Notes: a model not told the origin generated them from the sequence alone. 64,000 nt of DNA from Alphaproteobacteria bacterium (GCA_965227515.1 CBDDFZ010000001.1:1673600-1737599), one strand, 5' to 3'; positions 47,050 to 56,435 are shown, numbered from the stretch's first letter. Numbers and translations are program-made.

Positions 47050-48247
47050 CGGCGCCCCAGCGCCAGAACCCGTCGCCGGCCTCGGCGTAGCGCTTTGCCA
47101 ACACCATGCGGTGGACCTCGTCGGCGCCGTCGACCAGCCGCGCCTGGCGGGCGTAGCGGTAGATCCATTCCAGCACCGTGTCCTTGGAATAGCCGCGCGC
47201 GCCGTTGAGCTGGATCGCGGTATCCGCCGCCCGGTGCAGGGTGTTGGCGACGTGCACCTTGGCCATGGAGACTTCGGCGCGCGCCCGGTCGCCCTGGTCC
47301 AGCAGCCAGGCCGCGTGCATCACCGACAACCGCCCGATCTGGATGTCGTGGGCGACCGCGCCCATCAGCAGTTGCACCGACTCCCGGTCGGCGAGCTTGA
47401 CCCCGAACCCCTCGCGCTCGGACGTGTACGCGGCGGCGATCTCCATGCAGCGCTTGGCGAGCCCCAGCCAGCGCATACAGTGGGTGAGGCGGGCGGTGCC
47501 GAGCCGGATCTGGGTCAGCTTCAGACCGTCGCCGACCTCCATCAGCCGGTTCTCGTCGGGGATGACCAGGCCGTCGAAGCGCAGCTCGCAGTGGCCGCCA
47601 TGCTCCTCCGGCCCCATGATCGGGATGCGGCGCTCGATGCGCCAGCCCGGCTGGTCCTTGTCGAACAGGAACGCGGTCAGCCCGCGGCGCGGGTCGTCGC
47701 TGGTGCGCGCGATCAGGATGAAATGGCTGGCCACGCCGGCCCCGGTGATGAACCACTTGTGGCCGTTGACCACCCAATTGTCGCCGTCGCGGGTCGCGGT
47801 GGTGCGGATCATCGTCGGGTCCGAACCGCCGCCGGGGTGCGGCTCGGTCATCGCGAAGGCGGAGCGGACGGTGCCGTCGACGATGGGCTGCAGCCAGCGC
47901 GTCTTCTGGGCGTCGGTCGCCACCTTCTCCAGCACCGTCATGTTGCCGTCGTCGGGGGCGGCGCAATTGAAGCAGACCGGGCCGAAGATCGAGCGGTTGG
48001 CCTCCTCGTACATCACCGCGCGGCCGACCACGCCAAGCCCCATGCCACCGCGCGCGGGCGGCATCTGCGGCGACCACAGGCCGGCTTCCTTCACCTGGGC
48101 CTGCACGACGGCCAGCAGGTCGGGGCGGATGTTCTGGTGGTCGTCGTAGTTGGCCGCGTCGGCCTCTAGCGGCAGGATGTGCCGGTCGACGAAGGCACGG
48201 GTGCGCAGGCGCACGTCCTCTACTGCGGGGTCCAGCGCAAAGTCCAA
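47039..48247 (-). CDS. Acyl-CoA dehydrogenase family protein (LvaC/ACAD10-11-like)
   Basis: ORF 47039..48592 trimmed to TTG 48247, 9 nt after GGAGGA, giving MDFALDPAVEDVRLR. Has AFAMTEPHPGGGSDP and a C-terminal ARLVDGADEVH. Confidence 0.88.
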   Translation of the reverse strand: MDFALDPAVEDVRLRTRAFVDRHILPLEADAANYDDHQNIRPDLLAVVQAQVKEAGLWSPQMPPARGGMGLGVVGRAVMYEEANRSIFGPVCFNCAAPDDGNMTVLEKVATDAQKTRWLQPIVDGTVRSAFAMTEPHPGGGSDPTMIRTTATRDGDNWVVNGHKWFITGAGVASHFILIARTSDDPRRGLTAFLFDKDQPGWRIERRIPIMGPEEHGGHCELRFDGLVIPDENRLMEVGDGLKLTQIRLGTARLTHCMRWLGLAKRCMEIAAAYTSEREGFGVKLADRESVQLLMGAVAHDIQIGRLSVMHAAWLLDQGDRARAEVSMAKVHVANTLHRAADTAIQLNGARGYSKDTVLEWIYRYARQARLVDGADEVHRMVLAKRYAEAGDGFWRWGADGA

Positions 48248-48249
48248 GG

Positions 48250-49221
48250 CTAGTGATCCTCCACGAGGTTTTCGGTCGGCGCGGCGCCGGAGGCGATCAA
48301 CAGCCCACCGGTCAGGGCATCGGCGCGCGGCGTGATCATGCGCGGCTGGATGGTCTCGGGCAACCAGGGCTGCACCGCCGCCGCCATGCCGCCGTGCAGT
48401 GCCGCCGGCCACGCGCCGGCCGGGTCCAGGATCGCGATCAGCCGGCCGATCTCGCGCCCGGCCGCCGCCAGCAGCACCCGCGCGGCGGGATCGCTGTCCC
48501 CGGTCTCCGCGACCATGCGCGCGATGGCGGCGAAATCGGCGGGCTGGGCGCGGGTCAGCCACTCGATGATGGCGACGTGATCGTCGCCGCAATGGGCGCG
48601 CACCCGGCGCAGCAGGTCTGTATCGGGCGCATGGGCCATGCCGGCGGGCATGGCGTCGGCGTCCGCCGGTATCATCGGCGAGCCAGCGATGTCGTGGGCC
48701 AACCGGCCCTCATCCACGGCGCGGATTGCCAACGACAGCGCGCGATACCCTGTCCAGGCCCCACCGCCTTCGTCGCCGATGGGAAAGCCCCAGCCGCCGG
48801 CCTGGTGGCAGCCGCCGGCCTCGTCCAGCGCCATGGCATTGCTGCCGGTGCCGACGACCACCAGCACGCCGGGCTTGCCCTCGTGGGCGCCGATCAGCGC
48901 GATGTAGGCGTCTGAGACGATGTCGAGGCTGTGGGTGGGCGGCAGGGCGGCGATGAACTGCGCCCGCCGCTCCATGTTGCGATGGCCGGCCAGCGCGCAG
49001 ACGACGGCGGTGTCGGCCAGGGCGGTCTGGCCAAGCCCGGCGGTCGCGACAGCCTGCTCGGCCATCGATGTGACGGCGGCAATGGCGCCCTCGGCACTGA
49101 CGGTCAGGCTGGCCGGGCCGGCGGTCGCCTCGGCCAGCACGGTGCCGTCGCGATCGGCCAGCCGCGCGGTGGCGTGGCTCGCCCCGCCGTCCACCGCCAG
49201 CAGGAAGCGCGGTGCGCTCAT
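48250..49221 (-). CDS. BadF/BadG/BcrA/BcrD-type ATPase (N-acetylglucosamine-kinase-like)
   Basis: ORF 48250..50235 trimmed to ATG 49221, which overlaps the upstream stop (ATGA). LAVDGGASHATARL and VVVGTGSNA motifs. Confidence 0.75.
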   Translation of the reverse strand: MSAPRFLLAVDGGASHATARLADRDGTVLAEATAGPASLTVSAEGAIAAVTSMAEQAVATAGLGQTALADTAVVCALAGHRNMERRAQFIAALPPTHSLDIVSDAYIALIGAHEGKPGVLVVVGTGSNAMALDEAGGCHQAGGWGFPIGDEGGGAWTGYRALSLAIRAVDEGRLAHDIAGSPMIPADADAMPAGMAHAPDTDLLRRVRAHCGDDHVAIIEWLTRAQPADFAAIARMVAETGDSDPAARVLLAAAGREIGRLIAILDPAGAWPAALHGGMAAAVQPWLPETIQPRMITPRADALTGGLLIASGAAPTENLVEDH

Positions 49222-50147
49222 GCCCGGGCCTCGCCGTAGTAGAGCGTGACCGTGTGCTTGGCCTCGGCGAAGAACAGCCAGCGGCCGACCAGGGTGCCGG
49301 CCAGGGCGCTGGCGAATGCGAGCAGGCTGAGCACGGCACCGAGCCAGCGGTCGCCTGTCGCCAGCACGATCACGGCCAAGAGGGCGGGCACCGCCGCAGC
49401 GGCCAGTAAAGCGATGACGCGCAGGCGCGTGGCGTGCCGGCGCGCGATCCGGAAGCCCATCTCCTTCATCAGGTAGTTGGGCTCGGTGTGCGGCGGCTCC
49501 AGCATGCGGACCTTTCCGATGTAGCCAAGGCCGGTGGCGGTACCGCTGTCGCTGATCGACGCGGTGCGGTCCATCCGCCACCAATAGGCGATCTGGAGGC
49601 CGCTTGTCAGCGCGGCGGCCGCGAGTGCCTGCCATGCCATCCAGGGCAGGTACTGGCCGAACAGCAGGGCCAGCAGCAGATAGGCCTGCGCGCCGGTCAG
49701 CCAGGCATACGCGAGATACAGCGCCGGGGTGTAGGCGTTGTGCCAGTGCCGCACCGTCTTCAACGAGGCATAGATCATCGCCGTGCACAGCACGGTGACG
49801 ACCGCCAGAACGGCTGTGACCGTGCCCAGGGCGCCGCTGAACTCCTCGCGGAACACCCACAGCGCGCCCAGCACTACGGCCGGCAGGAACGTGACCAGGG
49901 CGGCCACGCCCTCGCGCGACAGCCACGACGACCGCCATTGGCTGAGCGCCCGCCAGGCCCGCTCCGGATGGCCGAGGTGAAAGGTGGAGGACACCAGCCC
50001 GGCTGCGGCCAGCCCCAACGCCAGCGTGAAGCCAACGAGCCCGCTGCCCCATTCCGGTGCCAGCAGCCCCAGCGACAGCAGGAACAACAGCCCGTAGCCG
50101 GCACCCGACAGCGTCGTGAACACGATGATGGAAAGGGCGGGGTGCAT
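49218..50147 (-). CDS. DmsC/YnfH-family membrane anchor subunit-like protein
   Basis: ORF 49218..50192 trimmed to ATG 50147. Eight hydrophobic segments. The MHPALSIIVFTTLSGAGYG...FHLGHPERAW pattern is typical of DMSO-reductase anchor proteins. Confidence 0.75.
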   Translation of the reverse strand: MHPALSIIVFTTLSGAGYGLLFLLSLGLLAPEWGSGLVGFTLALGLAAAGLVSSTFHLGHPERAWRALSQWRSSWLSREGVAALVTFLPAVVLGALWVFREEFSGALGTVTAVLAVVTVLCTAMIYASLKTVRHWHNAYTPALYLAYAWLTGAQAYLLLALLFGQYLPWMAWQALAAAALTSGLQIAYWWRMDRTASISDSGTATGLGYIGKVRMLEPPHTEPNYLMKEMGFRIARRHATRLRVIALLAAAAVPALLAVIVLATGDRWLGAVLSLLAFASALAGTLVGRWLFFAEAKHTVTLYYGEARA

Positions 50148-50296
50148 TCGGGCGGAACAGCCGGTCGGTGGATTGGATACCCTTCCTAGCAAATTGGCGG
50201 GCGTTGGCGCGACTGCCGTGTCGGGCCTGAGGCAATGCGCCTGTTTACGCCCATCAAGGTCTTCCCCGCAGGCGCGCCATCGTACATGTTCATGAT

Positions 50297-50749
50297 ATGT
50301 ACACTCTGAAGCCCGGCATCAAGCGCGATCCCATGCGGCGCTGGGCGTTGCCCGACCGTGTCTTCTTCGGCCATGGCGCCTGCCATATTCTGGCCGGTGC
50401 CTATCTGGCGAGGCCGCCATTGCCCGGCTTTCGTGCCGAGCGGATCGTTCCGCGCGACGACTTGGCGGGGAACCATATCTACCTCACCGACGGCGACATC
50501 GCCTTCGACTATCACGGCTATTCCGTGCGCCGGCGTCTGCTCGACCATCATCGCAAGGGCTGGTCGGGCCGATATCCCGGCTGGGATTGCGCGATCGAGG
50601 AGGTCGATTTCGACCTGCTGTGCACCGCGGCGCTGAACGGCCGCAAGATGCTGGGACCGGATCAGTACCTGTTCGATCCGGTGCCGCGCGCCCACCGCTT
50701 CATCGCCAGGATCGATCACACTCGCGCATCGAGTTGTGCGCAACGGTGA
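50297..50749 (+). CDS. Hypothetical protein
   Basis: 150-aa ORF with host-like codon bias. No family recognised. Confidence 0.45.
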   Translation: MYTLKPGIKRDPMRRWALPDRVFFGHGACHILAGAYLARPPLPGFRAERIVPRDDLAGNHIYLTDGDIAFDYHGYSVRRRLLDHHRKGWSGRYPGWDCAIEEVDFDLLCTAALNGRKMLGPDQYLFDPVPRAHRFIARIDHTRASSCAQR

Positions 50750-50760
50750 GCGCTCTCCAA

Positions 50761-51384
50761 CTAATCCTCTTGGGGCAGGAAGAACGCCTCGTCCGCCATT
50801 TCCGGCCGGGCGACGATGCTGTCCACCCGCCAGCGTCCGGCGGGCGATTCCCGGAGCAGGAAGGCAACCGGGCCCTCGTTGGTGTCGACCGCATGGACAA
50901 CAACCTGCCTGGCGCCGTCGCCCTGGGTGATCTCGTCGACCGACTGCACCTCAACCGGACCTGCAAAATCGATGGCGTGAATGCCGAGCTGATCGGCCGA
51001 CCACAGGATGACCTGAAAACTGTGGAACACGTCGATGCCAAGGAACGGCCTTTCATAGTCCATCGGGTGCTCATAGGGGCCGAACTGAGCGTCGAAGGCT
51101 TGCCTCTTCAGGTCCTGGTCGGCATCCGGGTCGAGGTAGTCGTCGAACTGGAACCGCTGAACGTGCATCATGAACCGCATCCTGGCCGTCGGGTCGAGCG
51201 CGAAGTAGGCAGCGATGAAATCGTCCTCGGCGAAGACTTCCGAGTAGGTCTGGACCGCCGCTTCGGGGGTCGAGAGGTCCAATACCTGCTCGACCCGCGA
51301 CATGGGAGGGCTCGCCATGGCGGCTGCCGCATATCCCGTGGCGGTCGCAGCGGCGATGGCAAGACTGAACGTTCGCAGGATCAT
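50761..51384 (-). CDS. Secreted protein, function unknown
   Basis: ORF 50761..51501 trimmed to ATG 51384 (GGAGA SD). Signal peptide. Lies 22 nt downstream of the Fe-S subunit gene. Confidence 0.55.
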   Translation of the reverse strand: MILRTFSLAIAAATATGYAAAAMASPPMSRVEQVLDLSTPEAAVQTYSEVFAEDDFIAAYFALDPTARMRFMMHVQRFQFDDYLDPDADQDLKRQAFDAQFGPYEHPMDYERPFLGIDVFHSFQVILWSADQLGIHAIDFAGPVEVQSVDEITQGDGARQVVVHAVDTNEGPVAFLLRESPAGRWRVDSIVARPEMADEAFFLPQED

Positions 51385-51406
51385 AGCGATCTCCGTTGAT
51401 CGGGGT

Positions 51407-52150
51407 TCAGGGCAGCGCCGACAGCGCGCGGTCGAGCCAGGCGAGGAAGCCCGTGGGCTTGGCGCCGCCATCCTCGGGCACTGGCGCGGGATCGCTGGCA
51501 TCGCGCGACACCTTCGGGCGCGGCGGCAGGTATTTGTTTGTTGGCCGGCAGCCCATTTCCGGCATCAGGTCATAGCCTTGGCGCTCGCGCACCAGTGACG
51601 AAACCGCCGAGTCCGGGTCGGCAAGGTCGCCGAAGTGCCGCGCGCCGGTCGGGCAGGCATTGACGCAGGCGGGCTGGCGCTGCGCCTCCGGGATCGTCTC
51701 GTTCTCGATGCGGTCGACGCAGAGCGTACATTTCTTCATCACCCCGCCCAGCGTGTCCATCTCGCGCGCGCCATAGGGGCAGGCCCAGGCACACAGCCCG
51801 CAACCGATGCACAAATCCTCCTCCACCAGCACGATGCCGTCGTCGGCGCGCCTGTAAGAGGCGCCGGTCGGGCACACGGTCACGCACGGCGCGTTGTCGC
51901 AATGCAGGCAGGAGCGCGGGAAATAGACCGTGCGGGCATGCGGGCCCTCGCCAACCTCGAACCCGTGCACCCGGTTCAGCCAGGCGCCGGCGACATCCTT
52001 GCCGTAGGCGTTCTCGTCGGACAGCGGCGCGACATGGCCGCCGGTGTTCCACTCCTTGCAACTGGTCACACAGGCCTGGCAGCCGACGCAGGTGTCGAGG
52101 TCGATGACCAGGCCCAGCTTGCGCGGTGGGGAGGGCGGCAGCGAGGTCAC
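51407..52150 (-). CDS. 4Fe-4S dicluster (DmsB/PsrB-like) electron-transfer subunit
   Basis: Four Cys clusters (CVGCQACVTSC, CLHCDNAPC, CIGCGLCAWAC, CTLC...). The GTG start overlaps the catalytic subunit stop. Confidence 0.9.
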   Translation of the reverse strand: MTSLPPSPPRKLGLVIDLDTCVGCQACVTSCKEWNTGGHVAPLSDENAYGKDVAGAWLNRVHGFEVGEGPHARTVYFPRSCLHCDNAPCVTVCPTGASYRRADDGIVLVEEDLCIGCGLCAWACPYGAREMDTLGGVMKKCTLCVDRIENETIPEAQRQPACVNACPTGARHFGDLADPDSAVSSLVRERQGYDLMPEMGCRPTNKYLPPRPKVSRDASDPAPVPEDGGAKPTGFLAWLDRALSALP

Positions 52151-55050
52151 TTGCCGCCTCCCAGGACTGGGACATCCAGGTAACGCGCGGTCTGGGCGTG
52201 GCGGCTGAAGTCGGCGCCATAGCGCACGTCCTCAGGCGACGGCGGCAGGCCGGGCGGCAGCGGCAGGGCGTCGAAGCGCGGCTCGGTCGCCTCGGCACCC
52301 TCCGCCTTCTCGATCGAGACCCGCAGGTCGAACCATGCCGCCTGGCCGGTGATCGGGTCGGCGACCGGGCGCCGGTGGCCGTAGCCGTCGGCCGGGAGCC
52401 GCTCGTCGATCAGGTGGTTGAGCAGGAAGCCCTTCGTTGCCTCCGGCGCGTCCGGCTTCAGGTTCCAGGCCCCGGCTCGCTTGCCGATGGCGTTCCAGGT
52501 CCACACCGTCTGCTCGTTGACGCCGGCCATCCGCCTGACCTCAACCTTTATGCGGCCGTTGCGGCTGGAAAGCCACGCCCAGTCGCCGTCCTGCAGGTCG
52601 TGCCGGTCGGCCAGTGCGTGGGAGATGTAGAGCACGTTGCGCGCCATGATCTGGCGCAGCCACGCGTTCTGCGATCCCCAGGAGTGGTACATCGCCATCG
52701 GCCGCTGGGTGATGGCGTGGAGCGGATAGGCGGCCTCGTCGGTGGCCTGGTCCTCGTGCGGCGGGTGCCAGAACGGCAGCGGATCGAAATGGCGGGCGAT
52801 CCAGTCGCGCTGGTCATCCGGTGGCTGCACCGGGCCGTGGCCCTCGGCGGCGCGGCGGAAGCGCTGCAGCGGCTCGGCATAGAGCTGCAGGATCACCGGA
52901 TCGGGCGTGGCGACGAAGCCCATGCGCTCTGCATATTTCAGGTAGGCGGCGTTGCCGTGCTTGTAGAAGCGCTGGTCGTCGGCCAGCCGGTCGTGCCAGA
53001 AGCAGCCGTTCTCGATGTAGCGGTCGAGCTGGTCCGGATTGGGCGCGCCCTCGCCGTGCTGGGTGCCGCCTTCGCCGCGCCATCCGGCCAGGCTGCCGAT
53101 GCCGGGCCGGCGCTCGTGATTGACCAGATAGTCCGGGTAGCCGCCCGGATAGCGCGGGCCGCCGTCCGGCTCGGTCATGCCGGGCAGGCCTAGCCGCGCG
53201 CCCAGGTCCAGCAGCACGGACTGGAACGGCCGCACGTCGCGGTCGGGCTCGACGACCGGCTGCCGGATCGCGTCGGCGGGGCCGTCGGCCTCCGAAATCG
53301 GCCGGTCGAGCAGCGAGACGCAGTCCCATCGCTCCAGATAGGTGGTGTCCGGCAGCACGATGTCGGCGTAGGCCACCGTCTCCGAATAGTAGGCGTCGGA
53401 ATAGACGATGTGCGGGATCTTGTAGTCGCCGGTGGCCTCGTCCTTCGCCGCCAGCCGCTGCATGGTCTCGGCCGTGTTCATGGCCGAGTTCCAGGCCATG
53501 TTGGCCATGTACATGAACAGGGTGTCGATGGGGTAGGGGTCGCCGTCCACCGCGTTGCGGATCACCAGGTGCATCATGCCGTGGGCGGCAATCGGCGCCT
53601 CCCACGAATAGGCGCCGTCGATGCGCATCGGCCGGCCGTCGGCGTCGAGCAGCAGGTCCTCCGGCGCTTGGGGGAAGCCCAGCGGCGGACCCGGCAATGG
53701 CTGGCCGGCGCGGACCTGGTCGGGCTTGCCGGCGGGCAGCGGGCCGGGCGGGGCCGGGCGCGGGAACGGCGCCTTGTAGCGGAAGCCGCCGGGCGCATCG
53801 ATGCTGCCGAGCAGGACCTGCAACAAATGCAGCGCGCGGCAGGTGTGGAAACCGTTTGAGTGGGCGGAGATGCCGCGCATGGCGTGCATGGAGACCGGGC
53901 GGCCGACCATGCGCGAGTGGTGCTCGCCGGTCCAGTCGGTCCACGGCTGGTCGATGGCGATCTCATGGTCGAAGGCGGCCGCGATCAGCTCGTCGCCGAT
54001 GCGCCGGATGGTGGCTGCCGGCACGCCGCACTGGTCCGCCACCGCCTCCGGCGCATAGGCCGGGTCGAGATAGCGCTCGGCCAGCAGCTCCAGCACGGGC
54101 CGGGCCTGGCGGCCGTCCTCCAGCGTCACCGCGCCATGCAGGGCGGCCGCCATCGGCGCCTCGCGATGGGGCAGGGCGCGCTGGCGCAGGCGATGCCAGA
54201 CCTGCGGCTGGCCCTCGCCGTCGCGCGCGAACAGGCCATGGTCGGCGGCCTCGGGGTCCTCCACTACCAGCCAGCCGGCATTGGTGAACCTGAGCAGGTA
54301 GTCCAGGTCGATGCGGTGCTTCGACAGCACGTGATGGATCAGCGCCATCACGAACAGGCCGTCGCGGCCGGGCCGGATGCCGATCCATTCGTCGGCGATG
54401 GCGGAATAGCCGGTGCGCACCGGGTTGACCGAGACCACCTTGGCACCGCGCGCCTTCAGCTTGCCGAGCCCCATTTTGATCGGGTTGGAGTCGTGGTCCT
54501 CGGCAACCCCGAACATCAGCAGGTACTGGGTGCGCTCCCAGTCCGGCTCGCCGAACTCCCAGAACGAGCCGCCGATGGTGTAGATGCCAGCGGCCGCCAT
54601 GTTGACCGAGCAGAACCCGCCATGGGCGGCGTAGTTCGGGGTGCCGAACTGGCTCGCCCACCAGCCGGTCAGCGCCTGGCTCTGGTCACGCCCGGTGAAG
54701 AACGCGAGCTTCTTCGGGTCGTCATCGCGTATCGCGCCCAGCCAGCCGGCGACGGTGTCCAGCGCCTCGTCCCACTCGATTTCCTGGAACTCGCCCTTGC
54801 CGCGCTCGCCGACCCGCTTCAGCGGCTTGGTCAGCCGCGCCGGCGAGTTGTGCTGCATGATGCCGGCCGAGCCCTTGGCGCACAGTACGCCCCGGTTCAC
54901 CGGGTGGTCGGGGTTGCCCTCAATGTAGCGGACGCGCCCGTCCTTCAGGTGCACTTTGATGCCGCAGCGGCAGGCGCACATATAGCAGGTGCTGGTCTTG
55001 ACCTCGTCACCGATCGGCTGGTTGACCGGGATGGGGCGCCTACTCGTCAT
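52147..55050 (-). CDS. Molybdopterin (bis-MGD) oxidoreductase catalytic subunit; no signal peptide
   Basis: 967 aa. N-terminal CYMCACRCG...C Fe-S motif at residues 22-58. No hydrophobic Tat h-region. Confidence 0.9.
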   Translation of the reverse strand: MTSRRPIPVNQPIGDEVKTSTCYMCACRCGIKVHLKDGRVRYIEGNPDHPVNRGVLCAKGSAGIMQHNSPARLTKPLKRVGERGKGEFQEIEWDEALDTVAGWLGAIRDDDPKKLAFFTGRDQSQALTGWWASQFGTPNYAAHGGFCSVNMAAAGIYTIGGSFWEFGEPDWERTQYLLMFGVAEDHDSNPIKMGLGKLKARGAKVVSVNPVRTGYSAIADEWIGIRPGRDGLFVMALIHHVLSKHRIDLDYLLRFTNAGWLVVEDPEAADHGLFARDGEGQPQVWHRLRQRALPHREAPMAAALHGAVTLEDGRQARPVLELLAERYLDPAYAPEAVADQCGVPAATIRRIGDELIAAAFDHEIAIDQPWTDWTGEHHSRMVGRPVSMHAMRGISAHSNGFHTCRALHLLQVLLGSIDAPGGFRYKAPFPRPAPPGPLPAGKPDQVRAGQPLPGPPLGFPQAPEDLLLDADGRPMRIDGAYSWEAPIAAHGMMHLVIRNAVDGDPYPIDTLFMYMANMAWNSAMNTAETMQRLAAKDEATGDYKIPHIVYSDAYYSETVAYADIVLPDTTYLERWDCVSLLDRPISEADGPADAIRQPVVEPDRDVRPFQSVLLDLGARLGLPGMTEPDGGPRYPGGYPDYLVNHERRPGIGSLAGWRGEGGTQHGEGAPNPDQLDRYIENGCFWHDRLADDQRFYKHGNAAYLKYAERMGFVATPDPVILQLYAEPLQRFRRAAEGHGPVQPPDDQRDWIARHFDPLPFWHPPHEDQATDEAAYPLHAITQRPMAMYHSWGSQNAWLRQIMARNVLYISHALADRHDLQDGDWAWLSSRNGRIKVEVRRMAGVNEQTVWTWNAIGKRAGAWNLKPDAPEATKGFLLNHLIDERLPADGYGHRRPVADPITGQAAWFDLRVSIEKAEGAEATEPRFDALPLPPGLPPSPEDVRYGADFSRHAQTARYLDVPVLGGGK

Positions 55051-55059
55051 CGGGAGAGG

Positions 55060-55386
55060 TCACGCGCGACCGGTCTTCTCGCCGTTGGCGAACAGGCGGT
55101 TGCCCTGTTCGTCGATGATCTGCTTGCCCTTCGAGATGGCGAAGCTCTCCGCCTCGTCCTTGGACGAGAAGGTGTCTGCGCGCTGGTACTCGCGTTCCAG
55201 GTTTCCGTCATCGCCGCCGGTCTTGACGATGACCCCGGCAAGCCGCCACTGGCTGCCTGCCTTGATCGGGGCGGGGTAGATCGTCAGCCCGGCGTGCTCC
55301 ACCGGATCGCCGCGCCCGGCCGGGCCGCCGTCACCGGATTTCTCGCCACCGCCGCCGCCGAACAGTTTGGATAGGATGCCTGCCAT
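55060..55386 (-). CDS. HlyU-type small conserved protein (nominal 'transcriptional activator HlyU' family; function unverified)
   Basis: SKLFGGGGG N-terminus, QWRLAGVIVK, and SKGKQIIDEQGNRLF C-terminal motif as remembered for that family. Sits 9 nt upstream of the Mo-enzyme gene. Confidence 0.65.
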   Translation of the reverse strand: MAGILSKLFGGGGGEKSGDGGPAGRGDPVEHAGLTIYPAPIKAGSQWRLAGVIVKTGGDDGNLEREYQRADTFSSKDEAESFAISKGKQIIDEQGNRLFANGEKTGRA

Positions 55387-55556
55387 GCACGCAGTCTAGC
55401 CCGTGCGGCCGGCGCGCGCCAAGACCTGCTTGGAACCCTGGATCGCACCAACCATGATTTGGCCATTTCCGTGCGGCAAAGTGGTTGCTGGCGTGGGCAG
55501 TGTGGCCCATCGTTCTGCCCCATCGTCCGGCCCAAAATGACATAGGCGAGTTTCGC

Positions 55557-56063
55557 ATGGGTACTTTCATCAAGTTCGGTGTCTTCGCAGCCATCGCGTT
55601 CGGCGTGCCGATCGGGCTGGTCGTGTGGGCCATCTATGGCGACGGGCAGTTCGCGCTGTATGCCGGGCTCGGCGGCGGCATCGCGTTCGGCGTCATCATG
55701 GTGGTTGTCATGGCGGCGGTCAGCGCGCGCACCGCGAAGAACCGCCCCGCGCTCGACGACGGCGAGGTGCTGATCAAGGAGGACGCCGCCAACCATTTCG
55801 TCGGCATGGTTGCGGTCGGCGGCTGGCTGTTCCTGACCAACCGCCGGCTGCACTTCAAGTCGCACGCGGCCAACACCCGCAACCACGAGACATCCTATCC
55901 ACTGGCGGAGATTACGGGCCTGGCGGCGACGCGGACCATGGGCCTTGTCCCCAACAGCTTCGTGGCGACCATGGCCTCCGGCGCGGACGAGAAATTCGTG
56001 GTGCGGGGCCGCGCCAAGTGGGTCGCCGCCGTGGAAAACGCGCGGTCAGCCGCTGCCGGCTAG
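55557..56063 (+). CDS. Membrane protein with C-terminal GRAM/bacterial-PH-like domain
   Basis: ORF 55485..56063 trimmed to ATG 55557. Two TM segments followed by GWLFLTNRRLHFKSH. Confidence 0.55.
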   Translation: MGTFIKFGVFAAIAFGVPIGLVVWAIYGDGQFALYAGLGGGIAFGVIMVVVMAAVSARTAKNRPALDDGEVLIKEDAANHFVGMVAVGGWLFLTNRRLHFKSHAANTRNHETSYPLAEITGLAATRTMGLVPNSFVATMASGADEKFVVRGRAKWVAAVENARSAAAG

Positions 56064-56435
56064 GACGCGCTCGGGCTGCGGCATGGGGTTGCGGCGGTCC
56101 TCCGTCGCCTGGGCGGCGAAATCGCGCAATTCCTCGATGGAGAAGTGCGGTTGGAACACGCGCTGGCCGTCGAACCGGAAATGCTCGCGCAGCCGATGCT
56201 CGTGGCTGGTCTTCAGGGCCAGGAACATGGTCTGCACCACCTCGCTGTTGGTGGCGTGGCGGCTGATGTACCACTTGCGGCCGGCCTGCTCGGCCGGGGC
56301 GCCGGTGTGGATGTCGGGCTCGTCGTAGCGGGCCTGGATGAAGTGGCCGTCGCCCATCGGCTCGACCCGCCAACGGTATTCGGGGTAGTCGACGCGCCGG
56401 GTCAGATCGACCAGGTGCTCAAGTCTGTGGTCCAT
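56046..56435 (-). CDS. Hypothetical protein
   Basis: ORF 56046..56495 trimmed to ATG 56435. 129 aa. No family recognised. Confidence 0.45.
   Translation of the reverse strand: MDHRLEHLVDLTRRVDYPEYRWRVEPMGDGHFIQARYDEPDIHTGAPAEQAGRKWYISRHATNSEVVQTMFLALKTSHEHRLREHFRFDGQRVFQPHFSIEELRDFAAQATEDRRNPMPQPERVLAGSG

Noticed and set aside
48250-50235. A 661-aa ORF that appears to span the BadF-like and DmsC-like regions as a single protein.
   Set aside because: Only the C-terminal 323 aa (from ATG 49221) look like a real BadF-type ATPase. The upstream part overlaps the DmsC-like gene in another frame and is Arg/Pro-rich nonsense. The same reasoning led me to trim the extensions of 7757..9238, 14565..16820, 21130..22185, 40381..41271, 43981..45795, 47039..48592 and 61836..63086.
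55006-55050. Twin-arginine signal on the Mo catalytic subunit (the N-terminus contains SRRP).
   Set aside because: No hydrophobic h-region and no AxA cleavage site follow. The Fe-S cysteine cluster starts at residue 22, so the RR is most likely coincidental.
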